From NCBI GenBank assembly GCA_951406725.2, contig OX597817.1, positions 35,712,001 to 35,776,000 on the forward strand: 64,000 nt of DNA, written 5' to 3'. Below, piece after piece: positions 52,737-64,000 of the stretch. Origin of the DNA: Octopus vulgaris (lineage: Eukaryota). The position numbers and the translations under genes were made by a program. The notes under the pieces were generated by a model. It ran no database searches, was not told the DNA's origin, and saw nothing but the letters and a program-made list of their open reading frames with translations. Numbering within the stretch: the stretch's first letter is position 1; the number at the start of each line of letters is the position of its first letter.

Positions 52737-52952
52737 GGTAGCAAGCTGGCAGAATCATTAACATGCCGGCAAAAAGCTTAATAACGTTTCATTTGTCTTT
52801 ACACTCTTAAGTTCAAATTCCACCAAGGTCGACTTTGCCTTTCATCCTTTTTTGGGGTTGATAAAATAAATGCCAGTTGAGTACTTAAGTCAATGTAATC
52901 GACTTACCCGCTCTCCTGAAATTGCTGGCCTTGTGCCAAAATTTGAAACTAA
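52737..52952 (+). mobile_element. SINE family B variant tail
   Basis: Head, core and GGCCTTGTGCCAAAATTTGAAAC tail. Confidence 0.8.
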
Positions 52953-53526
52953 TATTTCAAAGGTGAATATATCTCAACATTACAACAAATGCCTTATATC
53001 TAGACAAAATAATTATAAGTATGCATACACAATAATATATATAACCCATGCTAGCATGGAAAACGGACGCTAAACGATGATGATGATGATGAATCCATTT
53101 TTCTTTTTAAGACATTTAATATCTGGAATATTCCCAAAACTGGATATTAAAGTACAACTGTGGTATTGTAGAGGTATGCTATGTAATTAGTCTCACTTTT
53201 CAGTTGGTCTAAAATGGAACCATTGGCATCTAACCATTTCCAGATCAGTCATGAGCTTAAGTTAAATATTTAGTGTGTATTTCAGCTCCTTTCTTGATTA
53301 AGCACAATAATTTTAGGCCTGGCTATCTGAATTAAAAAGTAAATACTATAAATAATTCATTTGAAGGCATGCTAATTGTTGTTTAGCCCTAAAGCAACGT
53401 TTATCAAGCCGACACCTGATCAGATGCATTTCTGCCTTGGTCTGTTTGTCTGCATGTCCTCCTTTTCTTTCCTAAGGTATGACCTGAGGAAAATTTGACT
53501 TCTAATTTAAGTAGGCAGAAACTTCC

Positions 53527-53824
53527 ATTGAGAGTATGATAGAAGAAGGCTTGCTCTTCCTTCCGTAGAAGATAAAATTCAAATCGGACCATGTTAACAC
53601 CAAAAATTATTTACATCAAAAAGATGCTTTTTTTTCTATGAAAATCCCTATTTTTAACTATTTTTTTACTGCTGTGTCGCCATTTTTCGGTGTATTTCAA
53701 TCAGAAAAATGTTCACTTAAAGAGAATAACAAAGCTACATAATGCAAAATTTTTACTTTTCAAAAATTCCAATTCTAAAGGGTTGAAACAAACCCAAGCA
53801 ACCAACGTTGGGTAATACTGCTAG
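53527..53824 (+). mobile_element. Helitron, 5'-truncated copy
   Basis: Near-identical to 4660-4954; ends in hairpin plus CTAG|T. Confidence 0.85.
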
Positions 53825-54110
53825 TAATAGTATAAAATTAGAAGGTAAAAAATGACGTATTTACATCTCACTTTTCAGTGTCTAATAACATGATTCAGAA
53901 AATTCAGTTTCTGGATAATGTTTCTCCACTCCTTTTCCTCATCATTATTATCATTGTGATTCCATCTACTATTAGTCACCATTCCTCATTCCAACTATTA
54001 ATCAAAACTAATTAAAAGCTATATATCTTTTTTGTTTATGTGTGTTTGAGCATGTATACGAGTTATGCTTGTTGAATTTGTAATATTGTTTTTATTCATT
54101 GTATTTCTAG

Positions 54111-54242
54111 GTGGTTTCATGTCTAATCACGTGCTCCTTCAAAATCCCTTGACTGGTCTTATGATTGGCATCCTTGCAACTGTATTGATGCAGAGCTCAA
54201 GTACGTCTACGTCCATTGTGGTCACAATGGTAGCATCAAACA
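54111..54242 (+). CDS. SLC34A2: SLC34/NaPi-II exon with first QSSS motif
   Basis: TTTCTAG|...|GTACGT, phase 1-1; NPLTGLMIGILATVLMQSSSTSTSIVVTMVAS. Confidence 0.95.
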
Positions 54243-55628
54243 GTACGTCTTACATTACATTCTATTTATTACAGCCTTTACACATAGCCATAGGACTGAT
54301 AAAGTAGAGTGGCAGTCTTAACTGGGTCCTGTTTAATTTTGTCTTTTTGGGGTTGAAATTCAAACCCTATTTGTGCCAACTGTGTTTTCTATGCAAGAAT
54401 TAATAGTAAAGTGAAACTAGTACTAACTATAGATTTGAATATATCTTTTCTCTAATTGTTTTGAAAGACAGATTGAAGAAAAACCAATTGACAAAGTAAA
54501 TAGAAATGTATTGTACTGGCAGTGCCCCAGCATGGCCACATTCTCAGGGCTGAAACATGTAAAAGAGAGAGAGAAAGCATTTTGTATTTAACTTCATACT
54601 TTCTCTCAACAGCATAATTAAGAAGTTTGTTTTGAAACCACGTGATTTCAGGTTCAGTCCCACTGCAGTGTGTCTTGAGCATCTTGTACTGTAGCTTCAA
54701 ACCAACCAAAGCCTTGTAAGTCGATTTGGTTGATAAAAATTGAATGGAGCTTGTCATGTCAATGGGTTGTCTGCTGGCTCTGTGTCATTGATAACCTGCA
54801 GAGTGAACTATCCCTTACTTGAAAAACAGGTATCAGCTAGGAGACCAGGAAGGACATCTGACTGTAAAACAACACCTCAGTAATATATTCATCTAACCTA
54901 TACTAGCATGGAAAAAAAGGGACATAAAACCAAATGAATAAGCGATTAATTATAGTAATTAACATTTAATGTATTGGCTAATGTCTTGTGACATGATTTT
55001 CTTTATTGTATTCATAAAGACATAGAATTTAGGCCAATGGTTATTCCTAGGTAGAACTTATAACACGTAAAAATGAAAACAATAATGTTTACTGAAAAAC
55101 TGATAAATATTCAGGAAGACATATTTTAATTACTGTTTATTCATTTTCTATGCTTCCATGTCTTACGTGAGTATTTTCAAATTTGAACCTGGGCTTATTG
55201 TTAGAGCAAGCTCTGCAGCTTGATGGCCTCTCTGTAACACACTTATTACTATTAAGTAGAAGTGGGACAACTTAGCATTTAGATGGAGACTCTGCTCTTT
55301 TCACTCATCTAAGGTTTTGAGATATACAAAGTGTGGACAACATCACTGGATTTTGAAAATCAGCTATCATCAGTATTATATATTTTGGAACCATAATGTT
55401 CTATATCTCTATTTACATGGCTGCAACTAGTTAAGACTGGAACTGTTTTAAGAAAAAATTAATAATAATAATAATTACTATTATTAAGTTATAGTTAAAA
55501 AATGTGTAATTTTTAATGTGTCCATAAATATCTTATATTTCTTTCAGAAGAATTAATTTATGAGATTCAAATTTGTTTTTAAAATTACATTTGATTTTTT
55601 TTTTTTTTTTTTTTTTTGTCTTTACTAG

Positions 55629-55820
55629 TGATCGATGTGGAGCCTGCAATTTCAATTATAATGGGTGCCAATATTGGAACATCTGTGACCAACACGATTG
55701 TTTCCCTGGCCCAGTATGGAAATAGGGATGAATTCCGAAGAGCATTTGGTGCTGCCACCGTCCATGATATGTTCAATTGGTTGAGTGTTTGCTTGTTACT
55801 TACTGTGGAGGTCTGCACTG
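55629..55820 (+). CDS. SLC34A2: SLC34/NaPi-II exon
   Basis: polyT...CTAG|...|GTAATT, phase 1-1; [42 protein letters not shown]. Confidence 0.96.
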
Positions 55821-56011
55821 GTAATTACACCTTTCTCTATAACATTCAATCAATCTGCTGTTCAATAAACCTTGTAAGTGATCTTCCTATTTTATATGCT
55901 AAAGCATATAAATCATCTAGTAATACATCCAAGCAAAATTTATCAGTTTGCCCACAGCATATGAAGCTGGTGAACAGAAGGAAAATTTCTGGTTAGCCAA
56001 GTGCACAACAT

Positions 56012-56229
56012 AGGCAGCGAGCTGGCAGACTCGTTAGCACGCCGGGCGAAATGCGTAGCCGTATTTCATCTGCTGTTACGTTCTGAGTTCAAATTCCGCC
56101 GAGGTTGACTTTGCCTTTCATCCTTTCGGAGTCGATAAATTAAGTACCAGTTACGCCCTGGGGTCGATGTAATCGACATAATCCGTTTGTCCCCTCTGTG
56201 TTTAGCCCCTTGTGGGCAGTAGTGAAATA
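56012..56229 (+). mobile_element. SINE family B monomer
   Basis: TSD CAAGTGCACAACATAGG on both sides. Confidence 0.9.
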
Positions 56230-56883
56230 CAAGTGCACAACATAGGTTTAATTTTAAATTTATTATTGTTTTATGTCACTGATTATGTTATTGCTCATTT
56301 CTTCTACTCAGAGTTAATTTGGGTTAATCAATCTTCCAATGGATGCATCTGTACGGCTGGCAGAAACAAAGTCATATTCAAATTCATAGATTTCTAGTTA
56401 ATCATAGTTTTATTTATTTTTGTCTCTATTGTTCAAATAAATGTTGTTTACTTTAAAACATTTATGGTACATATTATTATATCTGGCATCAATTTTAAAT
56501 TGTGATTCTGGAATTGACAGCATTAAATCTTATTTTTTAGTTGTTTCCTTATTGCTATTGGCATCATCATCATCATCAACTCTATCATTTGCTTTGTTTT
56601 TATCATGCTGTCATGTTTTTGATAGGTCTGCAGTACAACATCTGTCCAGGTTTATTGATTTTGTATCGTCTCTGAGCTTCAATATCTGTTTCAGCTGTTA
56701 CTCCAACTTAAGATATTTCCTTCTATATGTAGGCATAGTGGCTGTGTGGTAAGAAGACAAATACTGAGGTCAATTCATTCAACTAAAATCCTACAAGGTA
56801 GTGCTCCAGCATGGCCACAATCTAATGACTGCAAAAAGTAAAAGATAGAATGTAAAATATATATGTGTGTGTGTGTGTTTACA

Positions 56884-57065
56884 TTATTTGTGGTTTAACA
56901 AGGCTACCAATGGTTTCATGTGAAGTAATCTTCACAATTGTTAAGTGTGCCACATGAAAGTGTTGATAATGGAGATGTGTACCAATATTTCCATGTGGCC
57001 AGCTTAGACAATTGTGAAGATCCTTTTACATGAAACCATTGATATCCTTGTTAATGCACAAATAA
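56884..57065. repeat. Imperfect ~80-bp-arm inverted repeat
   Basis: TTAACAAGG..CAATGGTTTCATGT..ATCTTCACAATTGT..GCCACATG and its reverse complement. Confidence 0.8.
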
Positions 57066-57509
57066 AGAATATCTATCCACCAATACAGTGTTAAACACTC
57101 ATTCACACTGTTCAATATTTGTGTGTGTGTATATATTAAATTTGAATTGACCTGTGACAACACAGCTTGTGGCTTTTTAGTCTCGCCAAGGGTAAATCAA
57201 CTGCTATGGTGCTGATTTCATGAAAAAGTTCAATCAAGCTTATTATCTCTTGATAGAGATACTATTATCAAAGAATTATTTTAACAATAAAATTTGAATA
57301 TAACATCTAATATATACTAATATTAAGAATAAATATAATGAAAACAACATTATATTTATAAAACAATTATAATATTAAGTTTCATTAACAAATAATACAT
57401 ATTTCACATATCTACACTCAAAATCTTATAATTAGATATAACTACTAAGCCTCTAATTGATTTATGATATTTAAATGAAAATTTATATATTACACATTAT
57501 ATATCATTG

Positions 57510-57851
57510 TCATGGCCGATGCCAGTACTGCCTGACCAACATCCGTGCCAGTAGCATGTAAAAAGCACCATTTGGGCATGGTTGATGTCAGTGCTACTTG
57601 ACTGGTTCCGTGCCATTGGCTTGTAAAAAGCACTGTTCAAGTATGGTCGTTGCCAGTGCCACCTGCCTGGCCCCCATGCCAGTGCCATGTAAAAAACACC
57701 CACTACACTCTCGGAGTGGTTGGCGTTAGGAAGGGCATCCAGCTGTAGAAACCTTACCAGATCAGATTTGAGCCTCGTGCAGCCTCCTGGCTTGCTAGTC
57801 TTCAGTCAAACCATCCAACCCATGGAAAGCAGACGTTAAACGATGATGATA
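57510..57851 (+). mobile_element. Family C LINE 3' UTR, opposite orientation to the 38-51 kb copies
   Basis: Ends GACGTTAAACGATGATGAT. Confidence 0.8.
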
Positions 57852-58616
57852 TACAATCCACAAAAACGATATTTAACCAGAGCTTCATCTGTGGTTGTCA
57901 AACAGTGACAAGGACAGACCCCAGTACTCTATTTATTAGTAATCAATAAAGTTATCGTTCAGGTGTACTTGTAGTTTGTTAGGAAGTTTAAAAGTTTGGA
58001 GATAATTTTAGCAAGTGTTGCTAGCAATTCTTCACTACAATGCTTTTGCAATCATGTCCACATGGTACAGATAAACACACCATTTGTTCTCAGGTGTAGA
58101 ACCATATTTAATTTCCCCATCTTTTTTTTTCTCTTTTTCGTTGTTTTCTTGGTGAGGTAGTTACGAGCATTTTATTCTCAGTAGTTTTTTCTTTTATCCT
58201 TTTAATGTTGTTTTTCTTTCTTCTCCTCCTGTAAAAATATGTTGCTAATAAAACAAAATGGTGAAATATTTCTGTAAACAAAAAGAAAGACACATATTAA
58301 AACAAAAATTTAAAGACGCTACAGCATATTGCAGATTTATCTCATCTCCACCTCTACTTCATTCTGGTACTAAAACATTTGTTATGAAAGAAAAATATAT
58401 TTTAGATTGGTTAGTAGAAAATAAAACTTTGTAATCTAGTTCTTTTGAAGTTTAAATAACAGCAGTCATGAATATAACTTGTTAATTATTTAATTGTTTT
58501 AGTTTTACGTCAAAGCTTTGTCGTCTTGGTTTCAATAGCGTTGTTTTTATAACTTCATTTATTTGTTTTTGTATTTAACTTCATGAATGCTTGGGTTATT
58601 TACGTTATTATTTAAG

Positions 58617-58822
58617 GTAGTGAGCTGGCAGAATTGTTAGCACACTGGACGATATGCTTTGTGGTACTTCACCTGTTGCTATGTTCTGAGTTCAAATTCT
58701 GTTGAGGTTGACTTTGCTTTTCATTTTTTCAGGGTTGATAAATTACCAGTTGTGTACTGGGGTTGATCTAATCGACTAGCCACCTTCCCCAAAATTTCGG
58801 GCCTTGTGCCTAGAGTAGAAAA
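58617..58822 (+). mobile_element. SINE family B variant (decayed)
   Basis: Head and core recognisable with CpG decay. Confidence 0.75.
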
Positions 58823-60048
58823 GACTTGGTATTTAAGGTAAAATTTCATCAAAACTTGCTTCCCAACCACATGGTTCTGGGTGTAGTCCCACTGCATGTC
58901 ACTTTGGCCAAGTGTCTTCTACTATAGCATCAGGCTGACCCAAGGACTTGTGTGTGAATTTGGTAGATAGAAACTGAAAGAAGCCTATTTTGTCTCTCAT
59001 CACCATTTGACAACTGTTGTTGGTGTGTTTATGTCCCTGCAACAATGGTTTGGCAAATGAGACTGATAGAACAAGTTCCAGATTTGAAAAATTATTACTG
59101 GGTTCGATTCATTCAACAACACCTCAAGCAAATAAACAGGAAAATAATTCCGTGTAATATAAAATGCAAATTAGATATTACATGAAATTGGCTGGGATAA
59201 AGAAGTTTGTTCCACTGTCATATGGTTCCTTGATCAGTTACATTGCTTTGATACCAAGAGCAAAATGTCTTTCAAATATAACCTTGATTTGACCGAATAC
59301 GTATCATTGTCTCATTTGTCAAGGGTAAGTTTACAACGGTCTAAAACGCAATCGGTTTTGTTTTTGTGGTGTCCCTTTATGCCCTGTAACTTCAATTCTT
59401 GAACCTATAATCTACTATATGGGGGCGGCTTTAATTTATAAATATATGGACTAAGGGAAATAACTCTGTAAAGTTTTGTTACTTCGGCTGAAATATTTTA
59501 TCAGGGATGCAAAGTGTTTCAGATTTATTTTATTAATAGATAAACAAATATTTACACTTTTTTCTGTTCCTATAATTTACTAATTGGTTAGAAATAACTT
59601 TTAGTGAAATTTTAATAGAGAACAATTTTTTTTTTTTTTTTTTTATATACTGAAATTCATACTTTAAGCAGTTTTGTGTCCAATTGCTCTTCGTTTGGTT
59701 TTGTTGCTATTTTGTAGGTATTAAGTCTTAGATAACAATGGCATTTCCAACAGAAGGTTGACTAATCATATATTTGCTTTGAAATGGTTGTTTCTATGTG
59801 TGAGGTAGATTTTATATTGAGGAAATTTTGTTTCTTCCTCCATGTTAATAAACTGACATCTTTGTGAAAGACATTGATGGCACTTTACCTTAAGGATAAA
59901 TTAAAGCCTGCTGATCTTGCTTATTTCATATCATTTATTATATTTTAATTTGGGTCTTAAATTCGTTTATTCCATGTTTAAAGAATATCGTTGGATTTTG
60001 GGTTTGGTAACTCTGTGTGGTACCTTGTACGAGTATCTTCTGGTATAT

Positions 60049-60280
60049 GTTTCTTTATTACCCACAAGGGGCTAAACATAGAGAGGTCAAACAAGGACAG
60101 ACAAACGAATTAAGTCGATTACATCGACCCCAGTGTGTAACTGGTACTTAATTTATCGACCCCCGAGAGGATGAAAGGCAAAGTTGACCTCGGCGGAATT
60201 TGAACTCAGAATGTAACGGCAGACGAAATACGGCTACGCATTTCACCCGGTGTGCTAACGGTTCTGCCAGCTCACCGCCT
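60049..60280 (-). mobile_element. SINE family B monomer
   Basis: TSD ~TG(T/C)ACGAGTATCTTCTGGTATA. Confidence 0.88.
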
Positions 60281-60659
60281 TGCACGAGTATCTTCTGGTA
60301 TAAGCCTCTCCCTGACAATGTCCTGTAAGTGAAATTGGTGAGCAAGAGTTATATGGAAATCCATTGTGTTTGTCTGTGTATACAAGCATGTGTATGAATG
60401 ATTACTTTCCATTTGATTGATGGTGGTTCATATTTACATCTGGTAAACAATATGTCCTGTAGCTTAGTTTTTCAATGTCTGATGACCAGTGTATAGCCAA
60501 AAGTGCAAAGAATAATGCACAGGAAGTGAACAGTGAATGATTCATAAAAAAAAAAAATGGTGGGAAGAACATGTATTGTGGTGAATTTCAGGAAGCATGG
60601 AAGTTTATGTCCAAATAGTTGTTGCAGCAGAGGAGGTTACCAAGTCCTTTGTGAGCTGC

Positions 60660-61517
60660 TCTCTGGCTATCTATCTGAGGCTTTATATAGCTATCGTGTG
60701 GCCTCACCTGGAATTTGCATCACCGGTCTGGAACTCCTATCTTGCCCAGGATATTAATCGTCTGGAAACCATTCAGCGACGTGCAACCAAGAGAATACCC
60801 ACCATCAGGCATTTGCCATATTCTGAACGCCTTACTTCCCTGGGCATGGATACATTGAAACTCCGACGTCTGCCAGACACCCATAAAATTTTAACCATTT
60901 TACTAACAATAACTCTGAGCACCTTTTCAAACTCCACCTGTCTAATACCCGTGGACATGTTTACAAAGTCAGAAAACAGCACAGCTCCCATGATTTGCAG
61001 AAACATTTTTTTCATGCTAAGAGTTGCAGAAGTATGGAACAAACTGCCAGCATCAGTTGTTAGTTGTCGGAACACTGCATCCTTCAAAACTTCCATGCTT
61101 CCCGAGATTCGCCAACACTACACCTGATTTTCTCCCCTCCATACACACACAAGCATGTATCTGACTCATACACTGTTCACTTCCCAGACATTTGTACATT
61201 AACCCTTTAGTGTTTAAACCGGCCATACCAGGCCAGAATATTATCCTTGTTTTATGTTCAGACCTATGAGATTCAGCCTCTCACACCTACCCTACAATGT
61301 CATTCTAAAGATAAATAATCACATCATAAAAATCTTGAAGTTATGAGATAAGGCACAATTAATTAAGAACAATGTGAATAAATAAGTATTACATTTGACA
61401 GAGTAATCTGAATGCTAAAGGGTTAAGGCACATGCTTTATACACACTTTTGACAAGTTGTGGTGCACCTGAGCACTGTATACAATTATTTCATCATTATT
61501 ATTATTATTATTATTAT
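60660..61517 (+). mobile_element. CR1-clade LINE 3' end
   Basis: LYIAIVWPHLEFASPVWNSYLAQDINRLETIQRRATK...YSERL..LG..TL..RR...RVAEVWNKLP..VV...FK; (ATT)n tail. Confidence 0.9.
61203..61422. mobile_element. piggyBac-type MITE inside the CR1 3' UTR
   Basis: TTAA|CCCTTTAG...CTAAAGGG|TTAA. Confidence 0.88.
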
Positions 61518-61644
61518 ATTTTTGATTGCATCTGTAAAAATATTGTCTTTGCTGCTTTTACTAATTGAACATAAAGACAATAGTATAAATTATGATAAGA
61601 AGCAATTGGGTATTTTTAAATCTTATAATTCTTTTATTTTACAG

Positions 61645-61763
61645 GCTACCTCTACAAGTTGAGTGGGTTGATGGTGTCTAACCTATCTCTTCCAAAGTAT
61701 AAAACTCGTAAGTTTGACATGCTGAAAGTAATAACTAAACCTGTTACAAACTTGATTGTTCAG
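61645..61763 (+). CDS. SLC34A2: SLC34/NaPi-II exon (start of large extracellular loop)
   Basis: TTTTACAG|...CAG|GTAAGT, phase 1-0; GYLYKLSGLMVSNLS...DMLKVITKPVTNLIVQ (cf. DLLKVITKPFTKLIVQ). Confidence 0.95.
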
Positions 61764-62437
61764 GTAAGTACTTTCAGTTAATATGAAATATTTACTTTCA
61801 TTTAATGTAAATTGTATCTTTACTTGAATTATTCATGTTTACAATTGTCATGCTTATTGAATATCATATGTTTTAGTTACATTTCTCACTGCTATTGCTA
61901 AGAAACTATTTACTGGTTATAATTCAGCATAAATTTTTTTTTACTTGTGTTGAATTCTGTGTGTAATATTTTGTGCATACTGCTCTCTCTAAAATTAAAT
62001 ATTATCGTATAGTCATGTCTTAAATAAAACTATACATTGTAATTGCTCTTATACATATACACACAGTCTTTACATTATTTCTTTGTGTTGGTAAAATGGA
62101 AAAGCATTATCTGCTGCTGAATTTCACCAAACATATTGAACATGAGAGCATGACAACTTTTATATAAGTGGTGTTTATCATCGTTATTATTTGTATTAGT
62201 AAAAACAATATTATATAGATGACGATCATATATACTGGCCTTCATTCTACAATCAGTAATCCACTTTCAGTTCCGAGCTGCAGTCCCTTTTCTGAAGAAA
62301 CTATGCTGCTCATATTATAAAGAAAGGACTTGAACATCACAATTTTACTTTGCTTAAATATTTTATGTTTCTTAACTACTGAAAGCTGGTTTATTTTGTG
62401 TTGGCTTTTAAAATTACTTCTAATTATTTTCTTGTAG

Positions 62438-62503
62438 CTTGATAAAGAAGTGATAGAAGGAATTGCCACCGGTCAATATTGGGGTGGAAGAAGGTTGTTA
62501 AAG
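62438..62503 (+). CDS. SLC34A2: SLC34/NaPi-II exon; gene continues beyond the window
   Basis: CTTGTAG|CTT...AAG|GTAAAA, phase 0-0; LDKEVIEGIATGQYWGGRRLLK (cf. LDKKVISQIA...SLVK). Confidence 0.9.
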
Positions 62504-62785
62504 GTAAAACTCCAGCTTTAATTATCGAATTTTATCATCAATAAATCACTTTTAAATGTTGTTGTTAATTTTGCCAATATCTAGCAGCAGTGAGCTTTGA
62601 GTCAGAACATTTGTATTGCAGTTTTAACAATGATCTACAGTCAACATTCTTATATCACTGTAGATGTGGTATCAATGTTCACTTGCTTAACCGGTGAAAG
62701 GAAGAATACTTCTGCTGGCACCATGCTTTGGATAAGTAATTAATTGACCACACTACAACTTCAAACACAAATGCCAGTATCCTAC

Positions 62786-63085
62786 TTTCGGGGTCGATAA
62801 ATTAAGTACCAGTTACGCACTGGGATCGATGTAATCGACTTAATCCCTTTGTCTGTCATTGTTTGTCCCCTCTATGTTCCTTGTGGGCAATAAAGAAATA
62901 AGAAATGTTAGCATGCTGGGCAAAATGCTTAGCAGTATTTTGTCTGTCTTTACAGTCTGAGTTCAAATTTGACTTTGGCTTTCGGGGTTGATAAATTAAG
63001 TACCAGTTGTATACTGGGGTCGATCTAATTGACTTGCCCCCTCCCCCAAAATTTCAGGCCTTGTGCCTAGAATAGAAAAGAATAT
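62786..63085 (+). mobile_element. Chimeric family B dimer (tail type 1 unit fused to tail type 2 unit)
   Basis: Junction AAAGAAATA|AGAAATGTTAGCATG at ~62900. Confidence 0.75.
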
Positions 63086-64000
63086 TCAAATTTTCTCTTC
63101 CTCTAGTTTGCATATTCGTTTATGTCACTAATAAACCTAATTTCATGTTACAGTTCTCTCCCAGCATAAAATATTATATGCATTATATTAGAACTTGAAA
63201 TATGTTTTTGATATCCCAGTCTAGAATACCACCAATTCACTGTATGTTATAGCCTCGACAGAGGCTAATGTATCAATTTTAAAGATGCATGTATTCTGCT
63301 ATATGGCAAAATCTCTGCCTTATCTGACATGTTTAACATGCATTATTAATATCATCTTTAGAAAATAGTGAGTAGTTTATCAGAGATTTCTATTGATGCA
63401 CCACTTGTATTTTTAAGATTCTAAATTTAGTGGCAGTGGGCATCACATTGACACCACAGCATTGCTTTTAGCACTGATTACACAAGGTCAGTATTGTAGC
63501 AACATAAGTAGAATTCCATAGCTCAGCTGTGTACATGCTGGCAAATAGGACAAGAGGCCAAGAAGACAGCCAAAATGAATGCATGTGAATTACACTTATG
63601 ATGATATTGCCACCCTTAATGGTGAAAAGGGTACGTTTGTTGAAACCTGAATTCTAACTACAGGGTCTTCAAATTCAACAATTTTCATATATGCTACAAG
63701 AGCTAAGATAAGGATGGAAAGATCAAAATCTTGTTCACCTAACTTATGATTTAGAATCCTTGCATATTTAAAATAGCTTCAATATTATATAGATTAGTCC
63801 ACATTAATCCATAAAGAGTCTAGGGCTGGTTTCATCATCATCATCATCATCATTTAAAATCCACTTACCATGCTGGCATGGGCGGGATGGTTTCACAGGA
63901 GCTAGCCAGGCATTAATGCAGCACCACATGCTTCAATTGGTTGCACACCACAAGGCTCAATGGAAGCTACAGGAGCAAGCAAGCACACTTGCAGCATTAC

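Noticed and set aside
63400-63640. Next SLC34 exon
   Set aside because: The phase-0 acceptors I tried hit stops and show no xWC-type similarity

Overview
AT-rich, repeat-dense eukaryotic genomic DNA. The tRNA-derived SINE families, (TA)n/(GT)n load and TTAGGG repeats look like an octopus (coleoid cephalopod) genome; this is recognition, not a database result. There is one host gene: a + strand SLC34/NaPi-II Na+/phosphate cotransporter. It has a probable 5' UTR exon ending at 22341 and coding exons 22802-23012, 46955-47074, 54111-54242, 55629-55820, 61645-61763 and 62438-62503, all GT-AG and phase-compatible, and it runs off the right end. Everything else is transposon-derived or microsatellite: SINEs, RTE/CR1/R4-Dong LINE relics, one old Gypsy LTR element, non-autonomous Helitrons, and Tc1/pogo, hAT, piggyBac and Merlin-like MITEs. 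Nearly all other ORFs in the track are spurious. Best leads: (i) two unrelated GG-TIR/8-bp-TSD MITEs that both carry telomeric repeats; (ii) a SINE inserted as head-plus-concatemer with an invariant junction; (iii) degenerate hammerhead and HDV-like ribozyme folds in repeats; (iv) candidate microexons and a recursive-splice motif in the 24-kb SLC34 intron; (v) an A-to-I-correctable Asn at a normally Asp position.
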